From sequence record MN871451.1: 64,000 nucleotides of DNA; one strand, written 5' to 3'. A program made the translations under genes and the position numbers. The first letter of the stretch is position 1, and each line of letters starts with the position of its first letter. Below, one piece after another: positions 44,490 through 54,131 of this stretch. The notes under the pieces are model-generated. The model was not told the origin of the DNA. It searched no databases and saw nothing but the letters and a program-made list of their open reading frames with translations.

Positions 44490-47282
44490 TTCAGGTCCGT
44501 TTGTTTCTTCTGGTGTAGCGAAAGGATCTGCTTCCTCTTCAGTGGAAGTTTCTCCTCCTTCTAACTCGTCCGTGGCGAAAGGATCTTCCTCGGTATCTTC
44601 GAAGGAACCGAAGTCGCCACCGCCAAAGGCGTCGCCACCACCGGAATCGTTGTTGTCCCAATCGTTTCCGGAACTGCCATTGTCCCAACCGCCGCCAGCG
44701 TCATTATTGGCTGTAAGGATCTCATGCTGTTTCGGGTTCTCTACTTCCATCCGTTTCAGTAACGCGTCACGGGTGGCCGCCAATGCCGAGCTGAAATCGC
44801 CAAAGTTATGCAGCATATTGACAATGTCGGTAGTAAAGACTTTGATCATATCCAGCGACGGATCTTCTTCCGTGACCGGCGACAGGATTTTCACAAAGCC
44901 CATATCGAAGCCTTGACTCTGTAACCAGTCGCGTTTCAGGTACGCTGTCATGTGTGCCCTGAGCATATCGATCTTAGATTGATCTTCCGGTGCAAATGCC
45001 CCCAGAAGTTCGCTTGAGATATAACAGTCGACAATGTCGTCAATCATATCTTTCACTTTGTCGAATTCTTCTTTTTGTTTCTCAATCCGGTTATTTTCCG
45101 GACGAGGTAACTCAAGGTAGAATGCGTCAAAATAAGCGTCGATCGCATCGAGGTATTTTAAATCTTCCGGGATATGACTTTCTTTATCGAGACGATATTC
45201 TTCAGGGAGTTTATCGTTGTTCTCGGCAAAGATCTTCTGAATACGCCCGATTAAAACACCGTCCGAGTTCACGTATGATCTGACGAGCTTCTTCCCGTGC
45301 TTACAGGTGTCGTCTTGAATCATCATGATACGTTTAGCGTAGAGCTGGTTAGACGTCCAACGGGTGATAGCAAAGTCTGCCTCGTCAGTCATGTCCACCA
45401 TCGCCGGTGTAACAAAGAGACCCATATACTGTTGACGACGAAGATCATTGGTAAAGTTCTCATCAATGATCTGTTTCTGAGATTGGTACTCATTAATGTC
45501 CACAGTAGTATTCGGGATACGTGGGTTACCCTGTACTTCAATCGTCGTCCCCATCATTCTGAGTACGCGGAACATTTCCGCCGAAGAACTGACATCCGTA
45601 GGAGTAACGGTGCTGGTCATTCGTTGATACTCATCAATCAAGATCGCATAAGCTTTCTCGGGGTCAGGTGTACGCGGGTCGATGTTCATCGTTACTTTGG
45701 TTCGTCCTACCGCATTCTTCACGCCCGCCATAAAGTTAGCGAAGGTGGTCATGGCTCGCAGTGCAGAGACCTGTTTGATGTCATCAAGCAACGATTTCCC
45801 CATCCCGTTACTGTCGTAGTCGTAAGCGAAATACGCGACTTGTTCAGCAGGGACAAAGACGAGGTTAGTACGTTGGTTCGCAAACTGACGGAACATCATG
45901 ATACGCATGATATCTTCGTTCCAGGCCATCTTCACGTTACGACCGATCAAACCGTTTTTAATACGGTTGAGGATGTTTTCCTCTAAGACCTGGTTATAGA
46001 CGCGAATACGTTCTTCCGCCGCCATTTTGTCGGTATCCATACAGATACCGTTCTGCGCAATGCGGGTTTGCTGGATCAAACTGGAGGTCATGTCCAGTTG
46101 TTGCTGAGCACCCATTGTACCGATCTGACCATTAGTGGCTGCCTGGTTCAGTTCATCGGTTAAGTTGATCGGGTTACCCAGCTCATCCAGGACAATGACG
46201 TAACCGATGTGGTTTCGCTCATCGCCTTTCGGGTAACACGGAATCACCGATTCTGAGGGACACTTAATGACCAGCGGATGACCAATACTGCTTCTGCTGG
46301 CTTCTGAGGCCGCAGGAATGACTTTAACAGGGTTAACGCTAGTTTGACCAGACCGTGAGTTGTAAAGCGTTCTCGCGACCGTCGAGACGTTGTTATGACC
46401 GTTTCTTGACCGGTACGCCTCCATCCCTGCTCCGCTACGTCCGTAGCGGTATTTGTTTCTCAAACGCTCTTCATTAATCTGGTTACGGATATGGCTCAAA
46501 CCCATAATTCCGAGGTTATCGGTGATGGTGGCACTGTCATTAATACGAACCTGATTAGGGTTCATAACCGGCATGGAGAACATGCTTTCTAAAGACGGTG
46601 CCGGTGCACTACTGCGAATGTTCTTTTTACCTTTATTCGCATCACGGATTTCCTGATCGGTAATTCCTGGGTCACCTAAGATCCCGACAGACTTTAAGGT
46701 TCCGTCAACGAAATGCGTTTTCAGTTTCTCATTGAAACTTTCCGTGGCCAGATAACTGCCGACTTCGCGAAGGTTGATGATGTCATCGATAACAGCTTCC
46801 GGGACAATTACACCGACCCACGCACCTGTTTCAAATAACGCCTCTCCGATGATCTCAGGGAGTTTATCGCGTAAGGGGTAGTATGACTCAAAATGATCCC
46901 GTATGACCTCTGTGACTTGATTGAGGACGCTTGGCGGGATCTCTGACGCCTCGGTTTTAAATCCTAACTCTCCTTGGGTCATATCGACCGGAGAAAGGGT
47001 AGTGGAAACAATCATCTGTTTAATCAATTTAATGTCGGGCGCTAAAGAGATGATTGTTTCTGCGTCCAGGTTCTTTCTGGCGCGACGACTGACGAGACGG
47101 TCGAAAATCGTTGGGTCGGGAACATCGACACCATTTCCAGGTGTAGTCGTACGATGTACCGCATCCTGAACCAGTTTCGACATAATTGCCGTAGCCGAAG
47201 GGGTGCGTTGGAGCCAATCCTGTGGACGACTGGAAACTTTGATCCCGGTAGGATTCACCGTTTTCTTTTCGTAACTATTCAT
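44487..47282 (-). CDS. Portal protein (phiKZ gp129-like)
   Basis: 931 aa in the position conserved in phiKZ-like phages. T4 gp20-like segments (SVIPCYPKG...IGYVIVLDELG; GMGKSLLDDIKQ), acidic C-terminal tail, internal ATES/SLES sites. Confidence 0.75.
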   Translation of the reverse strand: MNSYEKKTVNPTGIKVSSRPQDWLQRTPSATAIMSKLVQDAVHRTTTPGNGVDVPDPTIFDRLVSRRARKNLDAETIISLAPDIKLIKQMIVSTTLSPVDMTQGELGFKTEASEIPPSVLNQVTEVIRDHFESYYPLRDKLPEIIGEALFETGAWVGVIVPEAVIDDIINLREVGSYLATESFNEKLKTHFVDGTLKSVGILGDPGITDQEIRDANKGKKNIRSSAPAPSLESMFSMPVMNPNQVRINDSATITDNLGIMGLSHIRNQINEERLRNKYRYGRSGAGMEAYRSRNGHNNVSTVARTLYNSRSGQTSVNPVKVIPAASEASRSSIGHPLVIKCPSESVIPCYPKGDERNHIGYVIVLDELGNPINLTDELNQAATNGQIGTMGAQQQLDMTSSLIQQTRIAQNGICMDTDKMAAEERIRVYNQVLEENILNRIKNGLIGRNVKMAWNEDIMRIMMFRQFANQRTNLVFVPAEQVAYFAYDYDSNGMGKSLLDDIKQVSALRAMTTFANFMAGVKNAVGRTKVTMNIDPRTPDPEKAYAILIDEYQRMTSTVTPTDVSSSAEMFRVLRMMGTTIEVQGNPRIPNTTVDINEYQSQKQIIDENFTNDLRRQQYMGLFVTPAMVDMTDEADFAITRWTSNQLYAKRIMMIQDDTCKHGKKLVRSYVNSDGVLIGRIQKIFAENNDKLPEEYRLDKESHIPEDLKYLDAIDAYFDAFYLELPRPENNRIEKQKEEFDKVKDMIDDIVDCYISSELLGAFAPEDQSKIDMLRAHMTAYLKRDWLQSQGFDMGFVKILSPVTEEDPSLDMIKVFTTDIVNMLHNFGDFSSALAATRDALLKRMEVENPKQHEILTANNDAGGGWDNGSSGNDWDNNDSGGGDAFGGGDFGSFEDTEEDPFATDELEGGETSTEEEADPFATPEETNGPE

Positions 47283-47346
47283 AAATTCAGAATCCTTCTC
47301 TCACTCTGAAAAGGGGAATCGATTGTTCTATTGAGGAGACTGCTCG

Positions 47347-49791
47347 GTGGATACCACGCAGAAGTTATATTTAGATAGCGTTATGGCATTGGCACAGACA
47401 TTGACGATTAAATTTCCTGCCGCCGCCACGATGCGTAACGAATACCTTTCACTTATCGGGTATAACGTCGACCCAAGTGCACCTAGCACATGGGCGTACT
47501 ATATGAATCTGGCAGGACAATACCATGCCAGCGATACCCCAATGACGGTTGTTTCTTTAGATACACTCGAGACGATCGAGTTCACATATGATAACTTACT
47601 ATTACACCGCGCCACGCGTAAAGCCTACGCGTACGGGACAAGTTATTATCAGAATCTGCTCTCCCGTTACCCTAATCAAGAAACGCTGATACGTGGGATT
47701 CTCAACCCGGTTCCCATGGAGACGATTCTGAGCGCGAAGAGTTGGGAAATCCTCTATTACGATTCAGAGCACGTTGAGTCACAAGAGGTGTATTTAATCA
47801 GCGACCTGCAAGAGTGGATTAATAATTTTACCAACCGCTGGTACATGCCGCTCCCTGCTCGTGTACAACTGCAATATCCGGCGACCTTTTTTGGTTTAAT
47901 GTTTTCTCACCTTCCTGGCGAAATTATTAATATCCGAAATCGGTACGTAAGAACGCCCCAAGTGCACAGTTATCATCTTTGGTGTTATCTGGGGTCGCAT
48001 GACCGACTCAATAAATTCAAAGACTACACGAGTCTCAAACAGGCGCTGTATCTGTACCGTAACATTGAATACATCGAGGCGCACGCCGGGAAAACCAGTA
48101 CCTTTGTTGATCTTATCGCGAATATCCTGACGGAGCGACGTATCCCGCTCACCGCGTACGAATTACAACAAGATACGTCAAGTATCGGCGAAGGGATTTA
48201 CAGCACTGGTACCGTGGCTAAGATCCCGCAGAATACCTTGGCTGAATCTGTCAGCGGTATTCAGTATATCACGATCGAAGACGCGTTAGAGAATGAAGTC
48301 GACTCTGCAAAAGATAATGCCGATTATCTTGAGACGCAAAAATCTACCGTGCCGGATATGGTTAAAAACGCGATCACCAACATACTCCCCACGAAAGTAC
48401 TCGAATCGGTTATGGTCGACCAGTCTGATGCCATGCCGCGGAAGCTGACCGATACGTTATTAACGGAATGGATCTACCTCGCCTCTCACGGGAAGTACAC
48501 TGCCAATATTATCTTAACTGACCCTATTTCGCAGGAAGCGATGTCAATGTCAGTGAAGGAGGCATTGGTACTTTGGGTCTACGCGGTGATGCAGCAGTTT
48601 GAAATAACGCTCACGGACATTCCTAAACTGACCGCTTTCTTCGCGCAACGTATTCCAAGTCCAACGTTCTCAGAGCTGCGTAAAGCAACGCAGAAAACGT
48701 ACGTGACAGAACTCGGGATACAAGTGGCAATGACAGAGACGACCTCAGTAAGTACGATCATCTCTACGGAAGCCTTTTATTCCACGGCAGTCGCTATACA
48801 AGGGAACTTGTCAGCCCACCGGATGATGTATACGTCAATGGAAGATCTTTACCAACGTGGTGAGTGGGAAGTCCTCTGTCGGAAATTCTATTGTGACGAA
48901 CCTTGTACACTGGTCGATCAACCGACAACATACGCGACGTGGTTTAAAGAAAAGAACTGGACATTGTCCATGTCAACCCCGCAGGAATGGTCAGATTTTG
49001 CACTGAGTATATTCACTATTGCGACAGGTTCAGATCTCCGGTCGACAATCAGTATCTCGGATATTCACAGCGCAATGATCGGGATCATGACTCAACTTTC
49101 TTCTTACGGCGTTCAGTACGTCCACAAAACGATCGCTGCTCCAGGTATTGTTTTAGACAACCTGGCGGTCCGTTACGGTAAAGTGGAAAGTAAGGGGTAC
49201 GGTAAAGTTCAGCTGCCTTCGCGTGTAGAGGTCATTGACCAAAAACAGAAAGGAAAAAGTAGTACGGTGCTCCCGCCGTTTAAAGCGGTTGATCTCAACG
49301 TTAAAGAGATCTACGCTAACTACTATTACCGACTGGATTGGGGTATCGGATTACTTTGCGATACAGCGATCAAAACGATTCATCGAATCCCGATTGCCGA
49401 GGTACGCTTTAAAGGAAGTCTGACAGAAGATATCACTATTGACGTGAAGAACACCGAACTCAATGGGTTGTGGCTGTACCACGTCGATTACCGTCCTCTT
49501 GACGACATCATTAAAACATTGGCGCTCCCCGGTCTTTGGGTTTACCCACCAGAAGCCGACGACCTGCTTCAAACGGAAGTCCTCGTTCGAAATCTGGACG
49601 GTCTCTGGGTGAAAAAGATCGAACGTGATCCTGAGATTGTTTTAGGGGAAACGACTCTCGACGGTATATGGGTAAGGAAGATCCCGCGTGTTCAGTTGTG
49701 GCAAGTTATGCCAGATAGACTCTTGGGGTTCACTGAGCCGCTGTTACTTAATGAGTTTTTCCCGACGTCGGTTTTATTGCCTTTCGAATAA
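47347..49791 (+). CDS. Baseplate wedge-like virion protein (P2 gpI / T4 gp7-like core) with C-terminal LxG(L/I)W repeats
   Basis: 814 aa, GTG start, SD GAGGAG. YLYRNIEYIEAHAGKTSTFVDL resembles the gpI-type YxxKGT motif. About five LNGLW/LPGLW/LDGLW/LDGIW/LLGF repeats. Confidence 0.6.
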   Translation: MDTTQKLYLDSVMALAQTLTIKFPAAATMRNEYLSLIGYNVDPSAPSTWAYYMNLAGQYHASDTPMTVVSLDTLETIEFTYDNLLLHRATRKAYAYGTSYYQNLLSRYPNQETLIRGILNPVPMETILSAKSWEILYYDSEHVESQEVYLISDLQEWINNFTNRWYMPLPARVQLQYPATFFGLMFSHLPGEIINIRNRYVRTPQVHSYHLWCYLGSHDRLNKFKDYTSLKQALYLYRNIEYIEAHAGKTSTFVDLIANILTERRIPLTAYELQQDTSSIGEGIYSTGTVAKIPQNTLAESVSGIQYITIEDALENEVDSAKDNADYLETQKSTVPDMVKNAITNILPTKVLESVMVDQSDAMPRKLTDTLLTEWIYLASHGKYTANIILTDPISQEAMSMSVKEALVLWVYAVMQQFEITLTDIPKLTAFFAQRIPSPTFSELRKATQKTYVTELGIQVAMTETTSVSTIISTEAFYSTAVAIQGNLSAHRMMYTSMEDLYQRGEWEVLCRKFYCDEPCTLVDQPTTYATWFKEKNWTLSMSTPQEWSDFALSIFTIATGSDLRSTISISDIHSAMIGIMTQLSSYGVQYVHKTIAAPGIVLDNLAVRYGKVESKGYGKVQLPSRVEVIDQKQKGKSSTVLPPFKAVDLNVKEIYANYYYRLDWGIGLLCDTAIKTIHRIPIAEVRFKGSLTEDITIDVKNTELNGLWLYHVDYRPLDDIIKTLALPGLWVYPPEADDLLQTEVLVRNLDGLWVKKIERDPEIVLGETTLDGIWVRKIPRVQLWQVMPDRLLGFTEPLLLNEFFPTSVLLPFE

Positions 49792-49807
49792 AAAGATTGT
49801 GTTACGG

Positions 49808-49845
49808 AAAAGGCGGGTCACCGCCTTTTTTGTTATGACATAACA
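49808..49845 (+). terminator. Terminator hairpin followed by a palindromic TATG site
   Basis: AAAAGGCGG-gtca-CCGCCTTTT then TGTTATG-a-CATAACA (TATG on both strands). Confidence 0.75.
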
Positions 49846-49865
49846 GTTTTCACTTGGAGTCTATA

Positions 49866-50708
49866 ATGGCCACACCGAACGGTTACTACAATAAACCCAC
49901 CGACGAACTCGTCTTTGATTTGATCAAAGAAGCGAACCCAGAAAGCGACTTTACGCAAGATCAGGTGCGCCTGACCAATTTTACCGAAAATACAAACGGG
50001 GATCCCAAGCGCAACACCGCGGGTAAACTCGTTGCGATCTTAGGGATGGGCCGCGAAGGGGAAATCGCCCTGACCTGGAACCGTCCAGATATCGCTGAAA
50101 TCTTTGCTGAAGTTGACGTTTATGTCTCTGCCAGCAACAAGTTTAAGAAATCCGATCTGTTAGCGGAGATCAATCTTAACTTTGGTTTTCAATTAGCCGC
50201 AGAAGACATTTACGACGAAGTACTCAACCTCAGCATCGTTCCGACTGTGACCCAGATTCGTATTCGCCCAACCTGTCCGGCGTTTACGGGGATTCTGGAA
50301 GTCAACATCGGCGATCCGAAAAAGGCCATCGATACGGTTATTCGGAACAAAGACCTCGACGGTTTAGCTTACCCGACAAACCAGTCGGTGAAGATTCAGG
50401 GCCCGCTCTACCTCTATGCTCAGGATTACACTTACGACGCCGATAACATGCAGCGGTTTGGCTACGGTGATTTGATCGAGGGGGAACTCCTCACTATCCT
50501 CAACCGTAAGTCTCCAGAAGCCTGGATTAATACTCCAACCCCCGCCGCATGGAACATGGCTGGCGCCACCGTGTACTTTAACGGACTAACAACCTCTGCT
50601 CCCGTTTACGTCAACACTAACTACGAGCGTTGCGTCGTGATCCATTTAGACAGTACCTTATGTACTAATGTTGCAGGACATTTAATTCTGCACTACAATT
50701 TAAGTTGA
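49866..50708 (+). CDS. Tail/baseplate-associated protein, phiKZ gp131-family-like
   Basis: Start placed at ATG 49866 after GGAG. LVFDLIKEAN..., W.RPDIAEIF, one LDGLAYP motif. The N-terminal domain pattern is shared with the next genes. Confidence 0.6.
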   Translation: MATPNGYYNKPTDELVFDLIKEANPESDFTQDQVRLTNFTENTNGDPKRNTAGKLVAILGMGREGEIALTWNRPDIAEIFAEVDVYVSASNKFKKSDLLAEINLNFGFQLAAEDIYDEVLNLSIVPTVTQIRIRPTCPAFTGILEVNIGDPKKAIDTVIRNKDLDGLAYPTNQSVKIQGPLYLYAQDYTYDADNMQRFGYGDLIEGELLTILNRKSPEAWINTPTPAAWNMAGATVYFNGLTTSAPVYVNTNYERCVVIHLDSTLCTNVAGHLILHYNLS

Positions 50709-50727
50709 TCAAAGAGGAAAATAAACG

Positions 50728-51264
50728 ATGGCGGTCTCATTAGATTTAACGAAAACCCCCAAAGCGGCCTTCTATGATTTATTGACTAAATCAACCACTG
50801 CTCTCCCTGAGGGTGAAGTATTCACTGACGCCGATTTGACCGCGTCCAATATCACCGCCGTTTCTGGACGTGAAGATGGCGCGAACACATCAGTACTGTT
50901 AACCCCGGTGGCCAGTTCAACGCTGGTTTACGGTGAAGCGAAAACGGTGTATTACCTCCGTAAAGATATCGCGGGTTACGCTATTGAAAAGGCGATCACT
51001 GATGACCTGGCTAATTGGGACGAAGCTGATGCCGCCGCCAGTGCGTTAGCGTACCTGGTCGATAAATTTTCCTCTTCAATGGTAGCGAGTGACATTGTCG
51101 TCGACGCGCCGGTCACCAATGAAGATAGTACCGTTTCCGTTAAAGTGACGATGGCTGAAAACCACCTGACCCTTTTCGGTACGATCACTCTGACCATCAC
51201 CGCCGCTGAAACGCGAATGAACACCACCGACATCCCTGGTACCCAGGATGGCTTTGGTAGCTAA
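50728..51264 (+). CDS. Tail/baseplate-associated protein (same N-terminal domain family)
   Basis: 178 aa, SD GAGGA. FYDLLTKS...NTSVLLTP...YYLRKDI parallels the 49866 protein (NTAGKL...TWNRPDI). Confidence 0.55.
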   Translation: MAVSLDLTKTPKAAFYDLLTKSTTALPEGEVFTDADLTASNITAVSGREDGANTSVLLTPVASSTLVYGEAKTVYYLRKDIAGYAIEKAITDDLANWDEADAAASALAYLVDKFSSSMVASDIVVDAPVTNEDSTVSVKVTMAENHLTLFGTITLTITAAETRMNTTDIPGTQDGFGS

Positions 51265-51280
51265 TTAAGAAAAAGATACG

Positions 51281-51316
51281 GAAGGAGAGCGCTTAGCGCT
51301 CTCCTTCGCTTTTTAT
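51281..51316 (+). terminator. 12-bp hairpin followed by TATG
   Basis: GAAGGAGAGCGC-tta-GCGCTCTCCTTC, then GCTTT-TATGAC (51313). Confidence 0.75.
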
Positions 51317-51380
51317 GACATTCGCCGTCCTGAGTCGGCGTACCTTCTTCTCGATTGAATTTTTCGCATAGGACTTAAAC

Positions 51381-52298
51381 ATGAGTGCCAGCACAAATAC
51401 GAATCTCATCGCCCGGACGGCGTTAAGCGGACTGCTCCAGACCCATCTGTTAGCGGGCCTGCCGTTGACTGCATTAAAGTACACCACGCTAAACGAAAGA
51501 CTCGCGGTAAATAGCGATGCCCAAATTGCTACCACTGATCGTCCTACGTTTGCTTACTACTGTATCGGTGATAAAGGACATTATAACGTCCCGACCGCCG
51601 ATAACGAAATCATTATCGAACCTGCGCAACACACCGCCGCCGACTTTGGGCCGTTCAACATGATCCCGTTTGTCATGCGTCTGGAAACCAATGATCTCTC
51701 TGTTGCTGAACGGGCGAACTACGGTCTCCGTAAATTAGAGAATCTGAACGGCGTGAACTATTTTTCTTACTATTTGAAAAAGGTTGATCTCTCTGCTGCG
51801 AAACCGACCTTGCGCCATACCGTTGTAGTGGACGGGGAAGCAACCACTACCGAATTTGTCCCGAACTCATCGAACCTGTTCCCGACCCGCCCAACGCTGA
51901 CCTCTGCCCAGGCGACCACAACGAACTCTGAGTACCTGACTGCCAGTATGGAAGTTGACGTACCTTTCGACGAGAACGATGTTGCGGAACTGAATAATGT
52001 CGCCAGCATTCTCTACGGTTCACAGAAGCGTGCGATTATCTCGGAGATCGGTTTGGTTTCCGCTATCCAGCGTACTGTACAAGCGGTGGGTCCGGGCGGC
52101 GCGCAAATCAACATGAATGAAGCGATCTACGCCCAGGTATTGACCTGGCTGTCGACGTATCGCCAGCTGTCCTTCGATAACCAAGGCTTTGTTATCACGC
52201 TGGAAATGGGCGCTAACGAACCGATGCTGACCTCGAATAGCGTAGCGACCCTGTCTACAACATCCAGCATTACGGCCACCATCCGTTCACTGGCTTAA
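51381..52298 (+). CDS. Baseplate/tail-fibre attachment protein (tail-collar/gpH N-terminal-like; phiKZ gp139-like position)
   Basis: 305 aa. YYCIGDKG and IISEIGLVS resemble the aiGdG...iREiGLf motifs of fibre-attachment domains. Confidence 0.55.
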   Translation: MSASTNTNLIARTALSGLLQTHLLAGLPLTALKYTTLNERLAVNSDAQIATTDRPTFAYYCIGDKGHYNVPTADNEIIIEPAQHTAADFGPFNMIPFVMRLETNDLSVAERANYGLRKLENLNGVNYFSYYLKKVDLSAAKPTLRHTVVVDGEATTTEFVPNSSNLFPTRPTLTSAQATTTNSEYLTASMEVDVPFDENDVAELNNVASILYGSQKRAIISEIGLVSAIQRTVQAVGPGGAQINMNEAIYAQVLTWLSTYRQLSFDNQGFVITLEMGANEPMLTSNSVATLSTTSSITATIRSLA

Positions 52299-52311
52299 CA
52301 GGAGGTGACCA

Positions 52312-53457
52312 ATGAGTACCGTTTTTGGTTACCCTACGATTGAAGCAGAAATTGTTGGTCTCATCAACAAAGCTAACGCGGATCACGGCGCAGCGTTCAC
52401 AGTTGATACGTTATCAATTGAAAGGGGCGAATACGATAGTTTCGAGGCACGTCAGAAGTTCATCGTTAAAGACACCTCGGGCAAGTATTACGGTGTCCGT
52501 GATGATATCTCGTTGTTTAAACGTAACTTCCAAACGTTGTTCAAAGGGATTGAATTACACGTTCAGGCAGGCTCAGGATTAAATAACCGGAAAATCCTCG
52601 CGTCGCTCTGTGAAACGTATGGTCTACCACCATTTGAGGACAGCGATTTCGCCGCCGGCTTGTTGGATCTGAACACGGATGCCGGAGATGAAGAAATCTT
52701 TATCTCGTGGCCGATTGCAGAAACCAGCTGGAGTTGGACAGGCTCTGTCGAGTTTTACCTCCGTAATACGAAAACTTCTCTCAGCAGCATTATTACCGAT
52801 AATCTGGATGCCTTCAAAGGCAATAGTTTCTCGGGCATTACGTGGTCAATTCGTCAGACGGCGATGGAAGGGTTATACTACCCGTCGATCTTTGATCTTG
52901 ACAAGGTGATCGTTGAAACCGATCTGAACGGTCTGGAGTACCCAGGAAGTCAGGACCTCAATACATTAATCACGGTTACAGAACTTAATGGCCTTGAGTA
53001 CCCAAGTGACATCGCCCTGAATAATTTCACTTCCGAACTCAATGGCTTGGAATACCCGCCGGTGATTGACCTGAGCAGCCTGCGCACGGGTGCGTTGGTA
53101 GGATTTGATTATCCGACTGGTGTCGGTACCAATCGTTACTCGGCCTTGGTCTTGACTCGCCCTCTGGATTTCTCGGATTATCAGAATGCGATTCAGCAGT
53201 TCCGTGTAGGTAGTGAAATCACGGACGCTAGTCTGGTTAAAGCAATTGTGAACATGATTGCCGCAAACTGGGCTACAATGAATACCGAAGCGAACAAAGC
53301 GAAATTGACCACCGCGTTCACTAACGCCAGAGTCACCTCGATCACGCGTAAACGGTCTATTCATGGATGGACAGAGACAGTCAACGTGACGCCGTCTACG
53401 GTGTCGTTTGTTGTCGGTCAGGCTTCACTGCGTTACGATATCGAAACCGAAGAATAA
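52312..53457 (+). CDS. Tail-associated protein, gp131-family-like, with LNGLEYP repeats
   Basis: 381 aa, SD AGGAGG. IVGLINKAN...FKRNFQTLF N-domain, and five ~18-20 aa repeats ending in GLxYP/GFDYP. Confidence 0.65.
   Translation: MSTVFGYPTIEAEIVGLINKANADHGAAFTVDTLSIERGEYDSFEARQKFIVKDTSGKYYGVRDDISLFKRNFQTLFKGIELHVQAGSGLNNRKILASLCETYGLPPFEDSDFAAGLLDLNTDAGDEEIFISWPIAETSWSWTGSVEFYLRNTKTSLSSIITDNLDAFKGNSFSGITWSIRQTAMEGLYYPSIFDLDKVIVETDLNGLEYPGSQDLNTLITVTELNGLEYPSDIALNNFTSELNGLEYPPVIDLSSLRTGALVGFDYPTGVGTNRYSALVLTRPLDFSDYQNAIQQFRVGSEITDASLVKAIVNMIAANWATMNTEANKAKLTTAFTNARVTSITRKRSIHGWTETVNVTPSTVSFVVGQASLRYDIETEE
52864..53115 (+). repeat. Coding repeat, five copies of L-N-G-L-E-Y-P
   Basis: MEGLYYP, LNGLEYP x3, LVGFDYP. 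The DNA core CTGAACGGTCTGGAGTACCC / CTTAATGGCCTTGAGTACCC / CTCAATGGCTTGGAATACCC differs at synonymous sites. Confidence 0.85.
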
Positions 53458-53464
53458 CAGACAA

Positions 53465-53498
53465 AAGAAAGGGGGCTTCGGTCCCCTTTCTTATTTTA
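53465..53498 (+). terminator. Intrinsic terminator with a UUCG loop
   Basis: AAGAAAGGGGGC-ttcg-GTCCCCTTTCTT followed by ATTTT. Confidence 0.85.
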
Positions 53499-53539
53499 TA
53501 GACCATGTATTTATTTTGAAATAGTGTTAAGGAACGACA

Positions 53540-54121
53540 ATGAATGACCAATTTTTTAGAATCATGGGTATTGACCCAGGGAGTCGTTGTTTTGGGATTT
53601 CGATTTTAGATTACGATCTCGATACCGGGAAAGTTTACCTCCGCCACGCTGAGACTTTCCACGCTGATCGCTTCTTAACTGACGTTAGTCCGGAATTGGT
53701 CTTAGGGGACCGAGGTGCGCGACATGCAAAGTGCAGAGAGTTCCTTATCGAACGTTTGCATTATTTTAACCCTGTCTTAGTCTCTTGCGAATCGGCGTTC
53801 ATGAAATTGAAATTTGTCTCCGCTTTCCAGTCTCTGGTAGAAGGGATTGTGATGGCCCGTGAGGCAGTCTGGGATTTTAAAAACACATTACCATTATTTT
53901 TAGTTGATCCACCCACGGCAAAAAAGGCGGTTGGTGCGCCAGGTAAAGGTGGGGACAAAGAAGCCGTTCGTAAAGCGGTGAAAAAATTGATTACAGAAAA
54001 GACGTTGTATGTTGATAGCGAATTAGATATCGATGAACTCGATGAACACAGCATCGATTCAATCGCCATCGGGTATTGGTTGTTCCTTAAATGGAAACGG
54101 GAATTAACGGGTATAATTTAA
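53540..54121 (+). CDS. ruvC: RuvC-like Holliday junction resolvase
   Basis: IMGIDPGS, VSCESAF, PPTAKKAVG...GDKEAV and DEHSIDSIAIG supply all RuvC catalytic motifs. Confidence 0.92.
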   Translation: MNDQFFRIMGIDPGSRCFGISILDYDLDTGKVYLRHAETFHADRFLTDVSPELVLGDRGARHAKCREFLIERLHYFNPVLVSCESAFMKLKFVSAFQSLVEGIVMAREAVWDFKNTLPLFLVDPPTAKKAVGAPGKGGDKEAVRKAVKKLITEKTLYVDSELDIDELDEHSIDSIAIGYWLFLKWKRELTGII

Positions 54122-54131
54122 GAAGGTAAAC

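Noticed and set aside
53540-54121. RuvC fold read as a transposase, TnpB or Cas nuclease
   Set aside because: It is a 193-aa stand-alone protein with classical resolvase motifs, and there are no terminal repeats, array or guide-like RNA nearby.
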